Of a stretch of DNA of 64,000 nucleotides, positions 12,401-26,900 are shown piece by piece. Position 1 is the first letter of the stretch; every line of letters begins with the position of its first letter. The stretch spans positions 99,437,261-99,501,260 of the forward strand of contig NC_068983.1 of the NCBI RefSeq assembly GCF_001194135.2, in the 5' to 3' direction. The notes under the pieces were generated by a model. It was not told where the DNA came from. It saw only the letters and a program-made list of their open reading frames with translations, and did no database searches. The position numbers and the translations under genes were made by a program. The stretch is from Octopus bimaculoides. Taxonomy: Eukaryota.

Positions 12401-15400
12401 GGTCTCTTTTGCCGAACTGCTAAGTTACGGGGATGTAAACACACCAGCATCAGTTGTCAAGCGATGTTGGGGGGACAAACACAGACACACAAACATATAC
12501 ACAGACATATATATATATACATATATATACGACGGGCTTCTTTCAGTTTCCGTCTACCAAATCCACTCACAAGGCTTTGGTCGGCCCGAGGCTATAGTAG
12601 AAGACACTTGCCCAAGGTGCCACGCAGTAGGACTAAACCCGGAACCATGTGGTTGGTAAGCAAGCTACTTACCACACAGCCACTCCTACGCCTATGATCA
12701 ATATTTTTTTTGCCAAATAAACACACACACTATATACTCCTATGCCTATGGTCATATTTTTTTTGCCAAACAAACACACACACTATATATTCGTTCTTCA
12801 CTCGTTTTTTATTGTGCTTATTTTATCTTATGTCCATTGTCTGGAAATCTTTCATTACGCATCCATATGCTACTGAATATTTCCTGAAATTTAAATTAAT
12901 TAGCACATATACTGGCTTAGGAACATTTCCTTGCTTTTGCTTAGAAATAGGTTAGGATTTGTAACAAGAAGGGCATCTGGCCCTAGAAAATCTGCCTCAA
13001 CAAAATTCTGTCTGATTCATGCAAATAGGAAAAGTGGATGCTAAAAAGATGATTGTGAAGATGATATCCATTAAACACTGTGTTGCTGTTGCTGTTAGAA
13101 GTTTTAAGGAATAGAAATATAAGGGTTTCTGTACACAGTTATAATTTACCCTAGTACGCGACTGGTATTATATTTATTTTATCAAGTGTTGTGATTTTTT
13201 AATGATATTGTAAACAGTTGTAGTTTAGTTCCAAGTGAATTCTCTCCCAACAGGTTAAAGGTATTCAAGCCATGATTCTACTCTGTCTTTCTAGCAGTAT
13301 CTTGTTCTGTATTATGTAGTGTGTCCTTTTTCCCATTTTGTAATTATCATGCGATGTGATTTGATGGAAATTTGGCTGTTTCTAACAAGTCAAGCAATGG
13401 CATAAATGTTATGTTGTTGATTTGTTAAAGAATAGAAATAGGTAAGGGGATATTTATTTCTGACTTAGAGAGGGATGGGGTCACACATTTTGTGAAAGGA
13501 GTGTAAAAAATTTAAGTATTTTATCATCTCCAGTATTTTTATTTTATCATCCCTTGAAGAATGAAAGCCACAGCTGATCTGAGCAAGATCTCTAGACATA
13601 AAAGTACATTTTTAGAACTTTTACCCTTTAACATTTAAACTGATCATATCTGACCCAAATTTTCTGCCTGATCTACCCTACAATGTCATTCTAAAAATAA
13701 ACAATCACATCATCAAAATATTGAAGCTATAAGATAATGCATGATTAATTCAAAACATTCTGGGTTCAAATTCCACTGGGGTTGACTTTGCCTTTCACCC
13801 TTTCAGGGTTGATAAAATAAGTACCAGTTGAACACTAGGGTCAATGTAATTGACTTACCTACTTCCTCTGAATTTTCTGGTCTTGTGCCAAAATTTGAAA
13901 CCAGTATAAATTCAACCTGACATAAAAGGCCCAGGGTGATTCTTTTTGAGACTTTTTTTTTTAAAGTTCATCTTATTTGCCAACAAATATGATATATAAT
14001 TTCCTTCCTCCTACCCATATATAATCAACCATTCCTGACTTAGATGGTTATCATCTCATTTAAAGCTTTCCAAGAAGTCAGCCAGTTTTCTTCTTTATAA
14101 GACCTTCCAAAAATATACAGAATTCTAACTAGGCCCCAACTGCACTGTTTGTTTTGATATGAGATCACTGTTTCGCATGCAAATGGTTGTGGTGCATGTG
14201 CCTGGTGTACCCTTATCAGATGGGTAGTCATGATGGGTATATTGGGCTTTGTGTATTTGTACCCTGTGTCACTTTGATGGCATGCATTGCTCAATGACAA
14301 TAATAATAATAATAATAATGATGATGATGATTTCTTTATTAACCATAAGTGTTTACAGTGAAAAAAAAACATTATGGACAGTACAGGACAAAACAAAGAA
14401 TGTATGTGTGTGAGTGTGTGTTGTTTTGCATGTAAACAAGACTAACAAAACTATATAAAAAAAAATCAACAATGTGTAATCCTCAATAGGAAGTAGACGT
14501 TCAAGGCTGCTCATGGAAAAACTCCATAAAAAAACCATGGATACCCTGACTTTTGGGGCAGGTGCCTTTTTACTTCCTTCTACAGGCATATGCTCAGGGC
14601 AGGCCCGTTCACTTTCCCCATTCTTGCCACTTTCATCCACCATTCAGCAAACTGGTTAGAAGACAACACTTCCCTCTCTACCGTTATTTTCCTTTCCAAG
14701 GAAAACTTGAAGCAGTTGATCAGGAATTGGTCAAAGAGAAAAGTGTTTGTCTTCAGTCCTTTCAATCTCATCCAACATACAACCTCTTTTGCCATGACCA
14801 CGAGGCATATAAACACAGTCTTTCCCTCCCAGTTAAAGGAAGGTGGTAGGGTGATCTTCACAATGGATTCAGTTGACAGCTGGATCCATCCCACATGCGA
14901 CAGCAGGTGCTTGACATAAATCCACAGGTCAGGAATGCTCGGGCACTAGAGTGCATGCAAAACCGTCTCGTCATCCTGAACACATCTCAGACATGCTCAG
15001 CTGGATGGCACTTCCATGCCTGTAAAGTTTATCTCCAACAGGCAAAGCTCCCTGGTAGTACTGCCAGGCCAGAGATTTTTGGAAATTATCCATTTGTCCT
15101 GGGCCAAACGTTCTCTTGGAAAGAATAGCTAGCTGATCTTCGATGCCCAAGGTCTCCCCAAGAACATCGTTGCACTTTTCCTCCACTAATCCTCAATAAA
15201 ATGCTTAAGTGGACATTCCACTGATTGCAGTGTCTGATTGGCTGAGGACTGTGAGTGCATGAAAGCATTCCACTTTCCAAATACTCCCTCTCGGTCTTTG
15301 TTTTACCCAGGACTGCATCTCTGTTAAAGAAACTAGTCTGAGTGTTGTAAATGAAGAACTGAAGCAGTGTATACTTGCCAAAAAAGCCAAATTAACTAGG

Positions 15401-17960
15401 TTTGAACAATGGATTAAACAATACTGGCACAACCAATTGTTTAGAATCAACCAAAAAATATTTTGTCAAGAAATTAATGATATAGAGTGTGAAAGATTAG
15501 TTCCTGATACTGATGAAAGTTGACAATTCTGGAGTAAGATATGGAGTAAGCGAGAACAACATAATACTGCAGCTGAATGGCTCTGCAGCCTGAAGCAAAC
15601 AGTTTCTTATCCCCAGCAAGAGGCTATCTACTTCACGGAAGACAAAACTTCAGAAATATGAGTGAAAAGATAAGCAGCAGGACCTGATGGTGTACAAGGA
15701 TTTTGGATAAATTGATTGTAGAGCGATTTAATGCGTTGATTGGGGGAGAAGAAATCCCAGGCTGGTTGACAAAAAAGATGAACAGTGTTATGTCTGAAAG
15801 ATGCATCAAAAGGAAATGCTGCTGGCAATTACAGGCCAATTCCTTGTCTCCTATTAACATGGAAGTTACTGTCAGGAGGAATTGCAGAAGAACTGTACAA
15901 ATTTCTTGATGAGAATATGTTACTGACGGAACAAAAAGGTTGTAGGAAGAGATACAGAAGTACCAAAGACCAATTATTGATAGACAAAATGGTAATGCAA
16001 GATTGTAAATGAAAGAGAACAATTTGGGGAATGGCCTGGATTGATTATCGCAAAGCTTATGATATGATTTGTGGATCATCAAGTGCTTAGATTTGTTTGG
16101 AATTGTGAGCAGGTGTAAATCACTTCTTATCACAGTAAGAAACTACTGCTTTCAATATTGGTTATTGTTAAGGTGGCAATCTGGCTAAATTCACCAAACA
16201 TATCTGTGAAAAATTCTTAACATCAGGTGGCAGGATAAAATTCCCAGTTCAACTGTGTTCAAGAGAGATAATATGTCAAGTATGTATGCTTTCTTAAGCA
16301 GATTTCATTTGTAATGAAGTGGACATGTAGCATGCATGCCCATTTCCAGATTCCCCAAACAGGTTTTCTATGGTGAAATACCAGTTGGCTCTTGGTCATG
16401 TGGTGGACTAAAGAAGAGATACAAAGGCAAGCTCAAGACATCCTTGAAAAAGTGTAGTTTAGAGCAATGTATTAGGGAGCAACTTGCTCAGGATTGCTCA
16501 CTGAGGAATAGGGTCATGTACATTGGAGTACAGTGCTCTGTACCTGATATGACTGGAGAAGCTAAAGAGAGAAGGGCTGGATGGAAAATAAGGGCCCCAC
16601 TTAATTCTGATTCTACTGATATAAGCCTCCATTGTATCTATGGATTTCTCACCAAAATTGGCCTAAAAATCCACCTCAGGACCCACAAAGACTAAAACTG
16701 ATAATCTGGTCATCTTCAGATACAAGAAGGACAAATCTAATACATACACACATGCATGCATATATATATAATACAGATATACATACATAAATTTTTACAT
16801 ATATATATATGTGTATGTGTGTGTTTCAAATGATTTCTGTCTTTCAAATTCACTCACAAGGCATTGATCAGCCCAGAGCTATAGTGAAAGACACTTGCAT
16901 AAGGTGCCACATAGTGAGACAGAACCTGAAACCATGTGGTTGTAAAGTGAGCTTCTTAACCACATAGACTAAAGAATATTTTTAAGGAGAGGCTAATCTA
17001 TTGGGCAGAAAAGCATTATTTTGTTCCAGACTATGAGTCTTATCTATTAGGTTGTTTTGTTTTTCCTTTGCTTTGTATTTACAAAATATAAATAAATTCT
17101 ATCACAATTTGTGTAACACTGTCCATTGTTTTGTTTTAAACTTCAGAAAAATAAGAAACCTCACAGGGAAGGATATCGTAAAATGATACAGAAAGTTGAA
17201 GAAAAGAAGACTCGGCAGAGGAAAGTACCTTCTGGAGACCCAAATGTTACAAAGAAATTGCTGGAAGAACTACATATTGACAAAGAATATCTGGAACATT
17301 TGCTTTTAGACAAAAGTAAGTGATGTTGATGTTTGTTTTCATGATTCTGAAGATGGTTAGATTAACAGCTTTAGTCTTTGTGGGCTCTGAGGTGGCTTAT
17401 TACACCAATATCGGCATGAAATCCACTGCTTCAGTGGGGTCATATAATAGCAGAATCAAGACCCAGAGAGACTCTTACTTTCCATGTTGTCTTCCTTTTT
17501 CTAGTTTCTCTGATCATTTCTGATTCTGAGTGCTGTACTCTAGAGTACACAGCACTACACCACATTGAGTGATCTTGAGCAAAATGTTCCCTAGTAGACT
17601 GCTCTAAGTTACACTTTTTCAAGGTTGTCTTGAGAATGTCTTTGTATCTCCTCTTGATCAACCTCATGATTGAAAGCCAACTGGTAGTTCAAAGTAAGTA
17701 AATTGGACAGAAATCTCAAACAAAATAAAAAGTTTTTTGGGAATACAAATATTTCTAAATTATTAATAATGAATATTTTACTTGCTTCAGTCATTGGATG
17801 TGGCCATCTTGAAAAATTTAGTTGAACTAATCAACCCCAGTACTTTGTTTTTAAAGTTTGGGACTTATTCTTTTGGTTTCTTTTGCCAAACCACTAAGTA
17901 ATGGCACTGTAAGCAAATCAATACTGGTTGTCAAGCAGTGGAAGTGGGGGATAGGGGTGG

Positions 17961-17995
<35 letters not shown>

Positions 17996-20900
17996 AAGGA
18001 CTTCAGCACAGTTTCCATCTATCAAACTCACTTACAACCTGGATTGATCAACCTGGAGCTAAAGTAGAAGACGCTTGCCTAAGGTGCTGCACAGTGGGAC
18101 TGAACCTGAAACCATGTGGTTGCAAAGCGAGATTCTTAACCTCACAATCATGTCTGTGCCTATAATAAATATTAATTAATGCTGGTTGCAGGGTATATAT
18201 ATTTGCTATTAATTTTTTGGTCTAATGAAGACAAGCAGACAGACAAGCAGGTAGAAAGACAGACAGCCAAACATGACCTTGTTGGGTTATATTATCTTTC
18301 AAATTTCAAATCTTTATTTTTATATAGATGAATCCTCAATTTCACACTTTGCCTGTCCAAAGCAATTTCATAAGTTTGTCCTAAATGTCCATACTTGATT
18401 TCAACCTTTAGTTAGCCCTTGTTTAATATGTTCTGAGTAATGTAAAGCTTTCCTTTCTTAAGTCTCAAGTTGCTCTGTTGGGTGAAAAATGTTGGAGACT
18501 TGTATCATATATGATGCATGGACACTTGGAAAATACTCTTACTTGATGCAGCAGCTGTGGCATGGAAGAGGCATCATGGCAGGTCCTGCATCAACAAGCT
18601 GGTCATGATTGGGGAAGATCTACAGAGGGTTGATGTCACCTTACAGGATGCAGAGGAGCTGGCACAGGACTGCCGGTGAGGGAGAGCACTGGTGAACCTG
18701 GTTGGCTCTACGTATGATGACATCTCTGGGATTTCTAACTTGGAATGACCCCATCAAGCAAGAGCGTGAAGTAAGCAAGTATCATGTAATATCTTGGCTT
18801 GGCTTTGCTGTGGCTAGTGGTGAGCTCACTGTACATGATGATCTTGGGTAGGCAGTAGTCTTTCATCCTGTCAATGTGCCCTGCCCAACACAGTTGTTTC
18901 TTAAGTAAAATGGCTTCTAAGCTGATGACTTCTGCTCACTCAAAGACCTCAGTGTTGGCGATGTAGTCGCTCCAGTAAATGTTGAGGATGGTATGGGGAG
19001 CAGCATTGGTGAAAACGTTCAAGGAGTCTGAAATGATAGCAGTAAAGGACCCAGGACTCAGAGCCATATAGGAGTGTTGTGAGAATGATGGCCCTGTAGA
19101 TACTACCGACTTGGCAATGGTGATGTGGGGTGGGCTGTACTCTTCCTGAGGAGTTGGTGAACGACTTCAGTCTTTTTCAAGCTTATTTCCAGCCCAAAGA
19201 GCTGGGTGGCCTCTGCAAAGCATGATGTGAGGCACTGCAGGGCTCTTTCTGTGTGTGTGACAAGTGCAGCATATCTGCAAAGAGGAGGTTCTAGATCAGT
19301 TGCTCTTGGGTCTTGGTGTGGGCCTGTAGGCACCGGAGGTTGAAAAGACTGTCATCCAGATGGTACCTGATATAAATGCCATCTTCAGCATCAAGGTATG
19401 CAGTGACCTGCTTTAGCATCATGCTAAAGAAGATGCTGAAGAGAGATGATGTCAGAACACAGCTCTGCTTCATGTCACTGCTGTTCTTGTTGGTCTTCAT
19501 GAACCTGGATGGTCATGGTTTGGAATTTTGAGGGACAGCCAAGCTGGTTTAGGATCTGCCACTAACCTTTTCTGCTCACAGTGTCAAATGCTTTTGTCAG
19601 ATCGACAAATGTTGAACAAAGTGCTTTGGTTTGCTCCCGGCACTTTTCTTGGAACTGCCTGAGAATAAAAACCATATCTGTTGTTCCCCTGTTGGCTCTG
19701 AAACCACATTGACTTTCTGGGAGATGATTTTCAGTGATGGACAGAAGAAGTTTGTTGAGGAGAAATCTTGCTAGAAGTTTTCCTGCAGTGGAAAGCAGGG
19801 TGATCCCCCAATAGTTTGAGCAGTCTGACTTTTTCCCTTTGTTTTTGTACAGTGTAATGATGACAGCGTTGTGAAGATCTTGTGGCAGCTTGCCCTGTTT
19901 CCAGCATACAACAAGGAACTTGTGGAGTTTAGCATCTAGGACAGGCTCCCTATGCTTCCATATCTCTGGTGGTATACCATCAACTCCTGCTGCCTTTCTA
20001 CTCTTCATTTGGCCTATGGAACCTGTAGTCTCTTTCAGTGTTGGAAGCTCATCTAGTTCCAGTCTGACTGGCTGCTGCTGGATGTGGAGGATTGTGTTTT
20101 CCTGGACAACTTGGTTTGCACTGAAGAGGGCCTGAAAGTATTCAGATCAGTAGTTGAGGATGAATGCTGTGTCTGTGAGAAGCACCTGGCTGCCTGAGCA
20201 GTACAGGAGACTCCAGACTTGATGTCTTGGACTGTAAACTGCCTTGAGAGTTTTGTAGAACCACCCCAGTAGCCACAGTATCAGCACACAGCTGGGTTCT
20301 CCATGTGAGGTTAGTCCACCACTCATTCTGAACTTCACAGAGTTTGTGCTGCAGAAAGCTGTAGGCTTGGCAAAAGGCCACTTTCTTCTCTAGGCAGGAT
20401 GGTTGTGCCAGGTATGCTTGGTGGGCAGACCTCTTCTTTAGTAATTCTTGGATCAGTACATCGTTTTCATCAAACCAATCCTTGTTCTTTTTCTTCGTAA
20501 ACGCAAGGATTTCTGCTGAGGTCTGTAGGATGGTGGTTTTCAGTTGTTCCCATAGGATTCCTGGAGAGGGATCTGAGCAGAAACTGGATTGATCAAACTT
20601 TGCTTGTAGGCCTACCTGGAAATTTACTTTCACTTCGTTTCGCTGCAACATTTTTTTGTTGGCTGGTCCTCTCTTTTTTGGTTTGGGCTTGATGTGGGGT
20701 TTGAGTTTGCAATGGATGAGGTGATGGTCAATATGGCATTCTATGCTAGGCATCACTCTGGTGTACATGACATCAGACTGGTTTCATCGGCATACTAGGA
20801 CGTAGTCAAGGAGGTGCTAGTATTATGACCAGGGATGTATCCAGGTTGTTTTTAGAGTGTCTCTTTGCTGGAAGATGGTGTTGATGATGACGAGCTGATG

Positions 20901-23900
20901 TTCGGTGCAGAACTCAAGCAAGAGGCACCCATTGTTGTTGCAGTTCTCAATCCCATGCTTTCTGGGGACTCCTTTCCAGGTTTCCAAATCTTGGCCCATT
21001 CTGGCATTGAAATCTTCTAGGATTATGACCGTATCATCGACAGGGTTTCCCTGGAGGAGTCTGCACAGGTTTGAGTAGAATTTGTCCTTGTCTGCTGGGT
21101 CTGCTTTAAGGGTCAGGGAGTAAACACTGAAGGTCGTGGCATGCTGCTTGTTTTTCAGAGGGAGGTGCATGGAGATGATGCAGTCTGAGTGACCTGCTGG
21201 TAGGGTTTCCAACTTGGAGGTAATGGAGTTCTTTATCATGAAGCTGACCCCTAAAAGCTGTCTTTCTGATGGTGGTTTGCCTGACAGGGTGTATCCAGCA
21301 CCATGTTCTTTCAGGCTGCCTTTCTGTGGGGGCCGGACTTTGCTAAAGGCTATGATGTCAACATCTAGCCTGGACAGTTCGTGAGCAATGAGAGTGGATT
21401 GGCGTTCTGGGCGACCTCTGTCACCTGAGTCACGAATGGCTCTGACATTCCAACATGTGATCTTCAGACCTTTCGTAACCTTTGGAAGGTGTGTGAAATC
21501 TTTCTTTGTCTGTCCTGTATATCATGTGATATACAGGACAGGCAAAGGGTTAATGAAATTTGATCCTCAGGTCTTTTTTACTTTTCTAACTTTTTTTAGC
21601 TTTGACAAATTCAAAGATAGATTTCAATGATGAGACAATTCGCAACTTAATAATAGATGAGCTTGAATACCTTGATACACGTATGAATTTTTGGCAGCAA
21701 CAGAAACCTTTGTATTCTCATAGAAGGAAGACTACAGCCAAGAGTGCAATCCTCCGCAGTGGCAGCAAAGACATTCTCAACCGTCTGGAAGAAGTAGACG
21801 ACCGTAAGATAACAGACTTCTTTTCATTGGCATGAATGGTAGAGCACTAGACTAAATGCTTTGCAGTGTGTAGTTATGTCTCTTTGTTTTTAGTCCTTTA
21901 GCATTTAAAATTGCCATATCTGGCTCAAATTTTCTACCTGTATTATATTCGATTTGGCTAGATCTGGCTTCTCACACTACCCTACAATGTTCTAGACCAA
22001 ACATCATTGAAATTGCATTATTAATTCAAAATAGTGTGAATAACAGAGTAATCTGAATGCTAAAGGGGTGGAATTCAAGCCATGCCAGAATTTACTTTAC
22101 TTTTCTTCATGTTCACATTGATAAAATAAATATCAACCATTCATGGAGGCTTTTTATTTTTTATTCATAGCCATGAATAGAAATTAGTTAAAATCCTGAA
22201 TTTCAATCTCAAATTGATACACCACATATTTTTATCTGCTTATTTAGGGTATTGAAGCAAGTATTTCTTCCTATGCCTTCCAGTCAGTTAATCAGGTCAT
22301 CCCATAAGTTCTGTCCGATTTTACCTTTTTCAAAATTGAATGAAATTTAATAGTATTTTAGAATGTCTAATGGAATTAAAAATTATTTTTATCCATTTGT
22401 GTACATATAAACTAATTAAGTATTATTTTACAGAATAATAGAATTAAAATTTCTTTGATTAAAACCCTTTCTAACATGAAAGTATCCGAAGATATTTAAG
22501 GCACATAATGCTTTACGAGTACAAAAAAGGAAACTCTGCAGCCAAAGCAACTCGAAACATACACTCAGTTTATGGGAAAGAATGCTTGAATGAAAGAACT
22601 TGCAGAAGATGGTTTGCAAAATTCAGAAGTGGAGATTTCAGCCTTGAAGATGAAAATCGAACAGGATGTCCAGTTGAGTTTGATGATAAGCTCCTTGAGG
22701 CATTACTTGAAGAAAACTCTGCATTATCAGTTGAAGAATTGGCAATAAAGCTTAGTTCAAACCATACAACTGTTCATCGTCATTTTCAACAACTTGGAAA
22801 ATGGGTGCCTCGTGAATTGTCCAAAAGCAACCACAAATCCCGAGTTGACATCTGCTCTTCTCTCCATTCTTGCAAACTCATTTCACCCTTTTTGGATAGA
22901 CTTATGACTGGTGACGAAAAATGAATCTTCTACCGAAATGTTAAACGTTGTAAACAGTGGCTTGGTAAAAGGATTACAAAGGTGTAATTCACTTTGAATT
23001 GTTACCACCTAATGCAACAATCAATGCTCAAGTCTACTGTCAGCAATTAGAGCGTTTGAACCAAGCTTTGAAGAAAAAAAGACCTGCTTTAGTGAATCGA
23101 AAAGGAGTGATGTTTCATCAGGACAATGTGTGACCCCACACTGCAAAGATCACATCACAGAAGATCGAAGAGCTTGGTTGGGAAAAAATTCCTCATCCAC
23201 CTTATTCTCCTGACCTTGCTCCTTCAGACTACTGTTTGTTTTGTAGTTTACAGAATCATTTGGGGGACATAATTAGGAAAAGTACATTGATGATTAAATT
23301 TCAAGTAAAAATAACATTTGATCACTTGTTTTCTTTATTCAAAATTTGGACAGAACTTATGGGATGACCTGATATGTTTGTGATATATGACTGTTCTTAT
23401 GTTACATTTCATGTTTAATTAAGAGATCATGCAATGCTTTTGTTGATTCTATTGCAGTTCTACTTCAAGGAAACTTCAGAAGGGCTTTGGAGAAAGCGAA
23501 AGGTACTCTCAAAATAGTCGAAGCCTGTCCTTCCAGTAAAGTACCTGAAAAAAATTTGTTTATTGCTAATCTTCACAGTTGCATTGGTAATGCTTACATG
23601 GAACTTGGTGAGTTCCAACTTGCAGAGAATCATCACATTAAAGATCAATCTATATCAGAGGAAAAGTAAGAATCTGTTTAGTTGTGTTCTTGGAATTGTT
23701 GTTGTTGTTGGTGGTAGTGGTGGTGGTGGTGGTGGTGGTGATATAAATTCTTATTGTTATTGATGTTGTTAACTCTAATCAGTTTTGCCTGAGCAGTTAT
23801 GTGGCTATCATAAGCATCCAAAATCAAGCACTGTTGAATAACCCATACCTTTCACATCCTTAACAAGTAGTTCCAAATAACTAGAGACCATTTTGTTTGT

Positions 23901-26900
23901 AATATACTATCACAGTATATTCCTATTTTGCTTTGCAATAAAGGAAATGACTGCTTGAATGCTGAGGAATTGCTCTAAGCATTGTGCATGCTTTATACAT
24001 CATACTGTGTAATGCACTGTTTTGTTGTGTGTGCAGTGCCATCTGCTATGGATGCAGCATGCCTGAATATTTAAGATGTTTGCTTTGCAATCACCAGGTT
24101 CTGAGTTTAATTTCATTGCATTTGAAAGCCTTGGATTGACCCAAGCCTTCTGAGTATAACTGGATAGACAGAAACTCTGGTAGCTCATTGGCTGCATTAC
24201 AATTCAACCTTTTCCTATGCTGTCATATTGATTATGCCTGGGTATTATGTTATGGGTATACATTTTTGTGGAATATTCAACCATTTACATGTTAATTTAA
24301 TGAGCAGGTAGTTCAGTTGATTGAACAAATGAATACTCATTTATTTTATATATATATATATATATATATAGCGTGGTTNNNNNNNNNNGAATACTCATTT
24401 ATTTTATATATATATATATATATATATAGCGTGGTTGTTGCCAGAACTGCCTGACTGACCCTCATGCCAGTGGCATGTAAAAGGCACCCACTACAATCTC
24501 GGAGTGGTTGTCATTAGGAAGGGCATCCAGCTGTAGAAACTTTGCCAGATCAGACTGAGCCTGGTGCAGCCTCTAGCTCACCAGTCCTCAGTCAAACTGT
24601 CCAACCAATGCCAGCATGGAAAGCGGACGTTAAACAATGATGATGATGATGATGATGATATATATCATAAATGAAAGTGGAGGATAAACTTTCATTGGTG
24701 AAATTCGTTTATCAAAATTCATATATGGTATCAAAATACATAGAAGTAGATTCATCAAAATTTTTAGGTGTCAAGCATTCCAATATTACAAGTCAACGAT
24801 GAAGTTAGATGAGCAGTGGTATATAATACCATATATATCCTTACGATCATTTCAGGAAATTGTGTTTGTATTGGGCAAATCTTCCAACCAATGCAAATGG
24901 CCACTTTTCCCTCATCAGAGGTACATTAAGTGATTAAAATATTTTTTAAATAGTTTCAAAATAGTTTTTAAATATTATCTACTTACAGCGCATAGGAGGG
25001 TTTCAGAATAATGTTATAGTTTTTAGAAAAGTTTATAAAGATGTTGTAAAAATCTTTGTAAAATGAAAAATATTTGTAAAAATAAAATATTTGTGCCAAT
25101 AAAGATGAAAATATCTGTAAAAGTAGAGTGCAGAATTCAATAAAATTGTGAATGTTATATTGGATGAACATTTTCATATAAAAGAAATGAGGACAATATT
25201 TCAAGTTCAACCTAAGTTAACAGTTTAAATAAGCTGTTGGATACATTAACAGTTAATTCATCATTGGGTGAATCCATGCACGTGGAATGTTGGTGGGGAT
25301 AATTCAGTAATTAAAATGATATCTTATAATTTATAATTTGAGCACTGTCCAAGCGTGATCATTGCCAGAGCACCAGCTGTCTGGCTTCCGTGCCAGTGGC
25401 ACGTAAATAGCACCATTTGAGCGTGATCGTTACCAATGTTGCCTTCCTGGCACTTGGGCATGTGAAAAGATATTTGAGCGAGTTCATTGCCAGTACCACT
25501 GGACTGGCTCCTGTGCAGGTGGCACATAAAATACACCATTTCGAGCGTGGCCATTGCTAGTACCTCCTGACTGGCCTTCGTGCCGGTGGCACGTAAAAGC
25601 ACCCACTACACTCTTGGAGTGGTTGGCTTAGGAAGGGCATCCAGCTGTAGAAACTCTGCCAAATCAGATTGGAGCCTGGTGTAGCCATCTGGTACACCAG
25701 TCCTCAGTCAAATCGTCCAACCCATGCTAGCATGGAAAGCGGACGTTAAATGATGATGATGATGATGAACGATTGCAAAGTTAAAACCTTTTACATAGAA
25801 GGTTAATGGGTTCAAATTTGATGCTAAGATTGCAAATCACTAAAATGCCAAATACAAAGAATTTTATGTTTAAATCTTACAATAAATCAACAAATTGTTT
25901 ATATTTCAAATATTAAGTTGATCAGATCGAAGCAAGGTAGGAAACCAAGATTATTTTATATATATATAAAAATTTATTTTAGGCAAGTCCATTTTCATAA
26001 GTTCAAATTCTAGCCTAGCTATTTTATAAAAAAACTTAAACGTAGCTAAATACTTATGCCTACATACAATTATAACATTGGAGATTTTATTACTTAAAAT
26101 TTTCCTATCTGTACGAAGTATACTGATTGCTTCCTTAGTACATAATTTGCACTTTCTTGTATGTGTCCTGTATGAGGTAGTTTCCAATATAATTGACCAG
26201 TTTAAGCTAAATTCCTTATTCTGTATTTTCAGTTTATTAATATACGTAGCCAGCGCAGTTGCATTTTTCATTCCTGGATTTGAGAATGAGCTGATATACC
26301 CTATATATCTTATTTTAAAGTTCGTAGTGCTCCCTATGTATACTTTCTTAGGTTGATTGGCAGTCACAATCTCAACCTTGTATACCACATTTTTCTTTAA
26401 GCAGGAACTCCCTAATGGACACAAATCGCAATTCTAGTAATTGTAGCTTTATTCCGGTTACTCGCCCTTGTGTGTTCATTATCTATTTTATTATCATTAC
26501 TATTTATACTGGAGCTACCCATATTCCCATTATTCCTAAATTTAAATCCATTATTCCCTGTGATTATTGATCCTAAATATGAGAGTTTTAGTGGTTATAA
26601 ATTATATAATATCCTTTTAATTACTGTATTATCCCCACTAACATTCCACGTGCATGGATTCACCCTATGATTAATTAAGTGTTAATGTATCCAACATTAA
26701 CTTAGGTTGAACTTGAAATATTGTCCACATTCCTTTTATATGAAAATGTTCATCTGTTATAACATTTATGGTTTTATTGAACTCCGCACTACTTTTATAA
26801 ATATTTTCATCTTTATTGGCACAAATATTTTATTTTTACAAATATTTTTCATTTTACTAAGATTTTTACATCTTTACAAACTTTTCTAGAAAACTATAAC

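Noticed and set aside
4891-12697. Long ORFs in the track that run through N blocks (also 27536-28041, 30610-30993, 50210-50770, 62481-62741)
   Set aside because: They are open only because of X codons and (TA)n/(CA)n repeats.
20121-20150. CTGAAGA..GAAA spacing in BovB antisense; similar hits at about 31845 and 35616
   Set aside because: No credible stem I/II/III pairing or NUH triplet.
24983-25210. Similar hydrophobic ORFs at 24983-25210 (-) and 26707-26889 (+)
   Set aside because: AT-rich chance frames duplicated because they lie in the two pseudo-LTR arms; different stop positions and no conserved motif.
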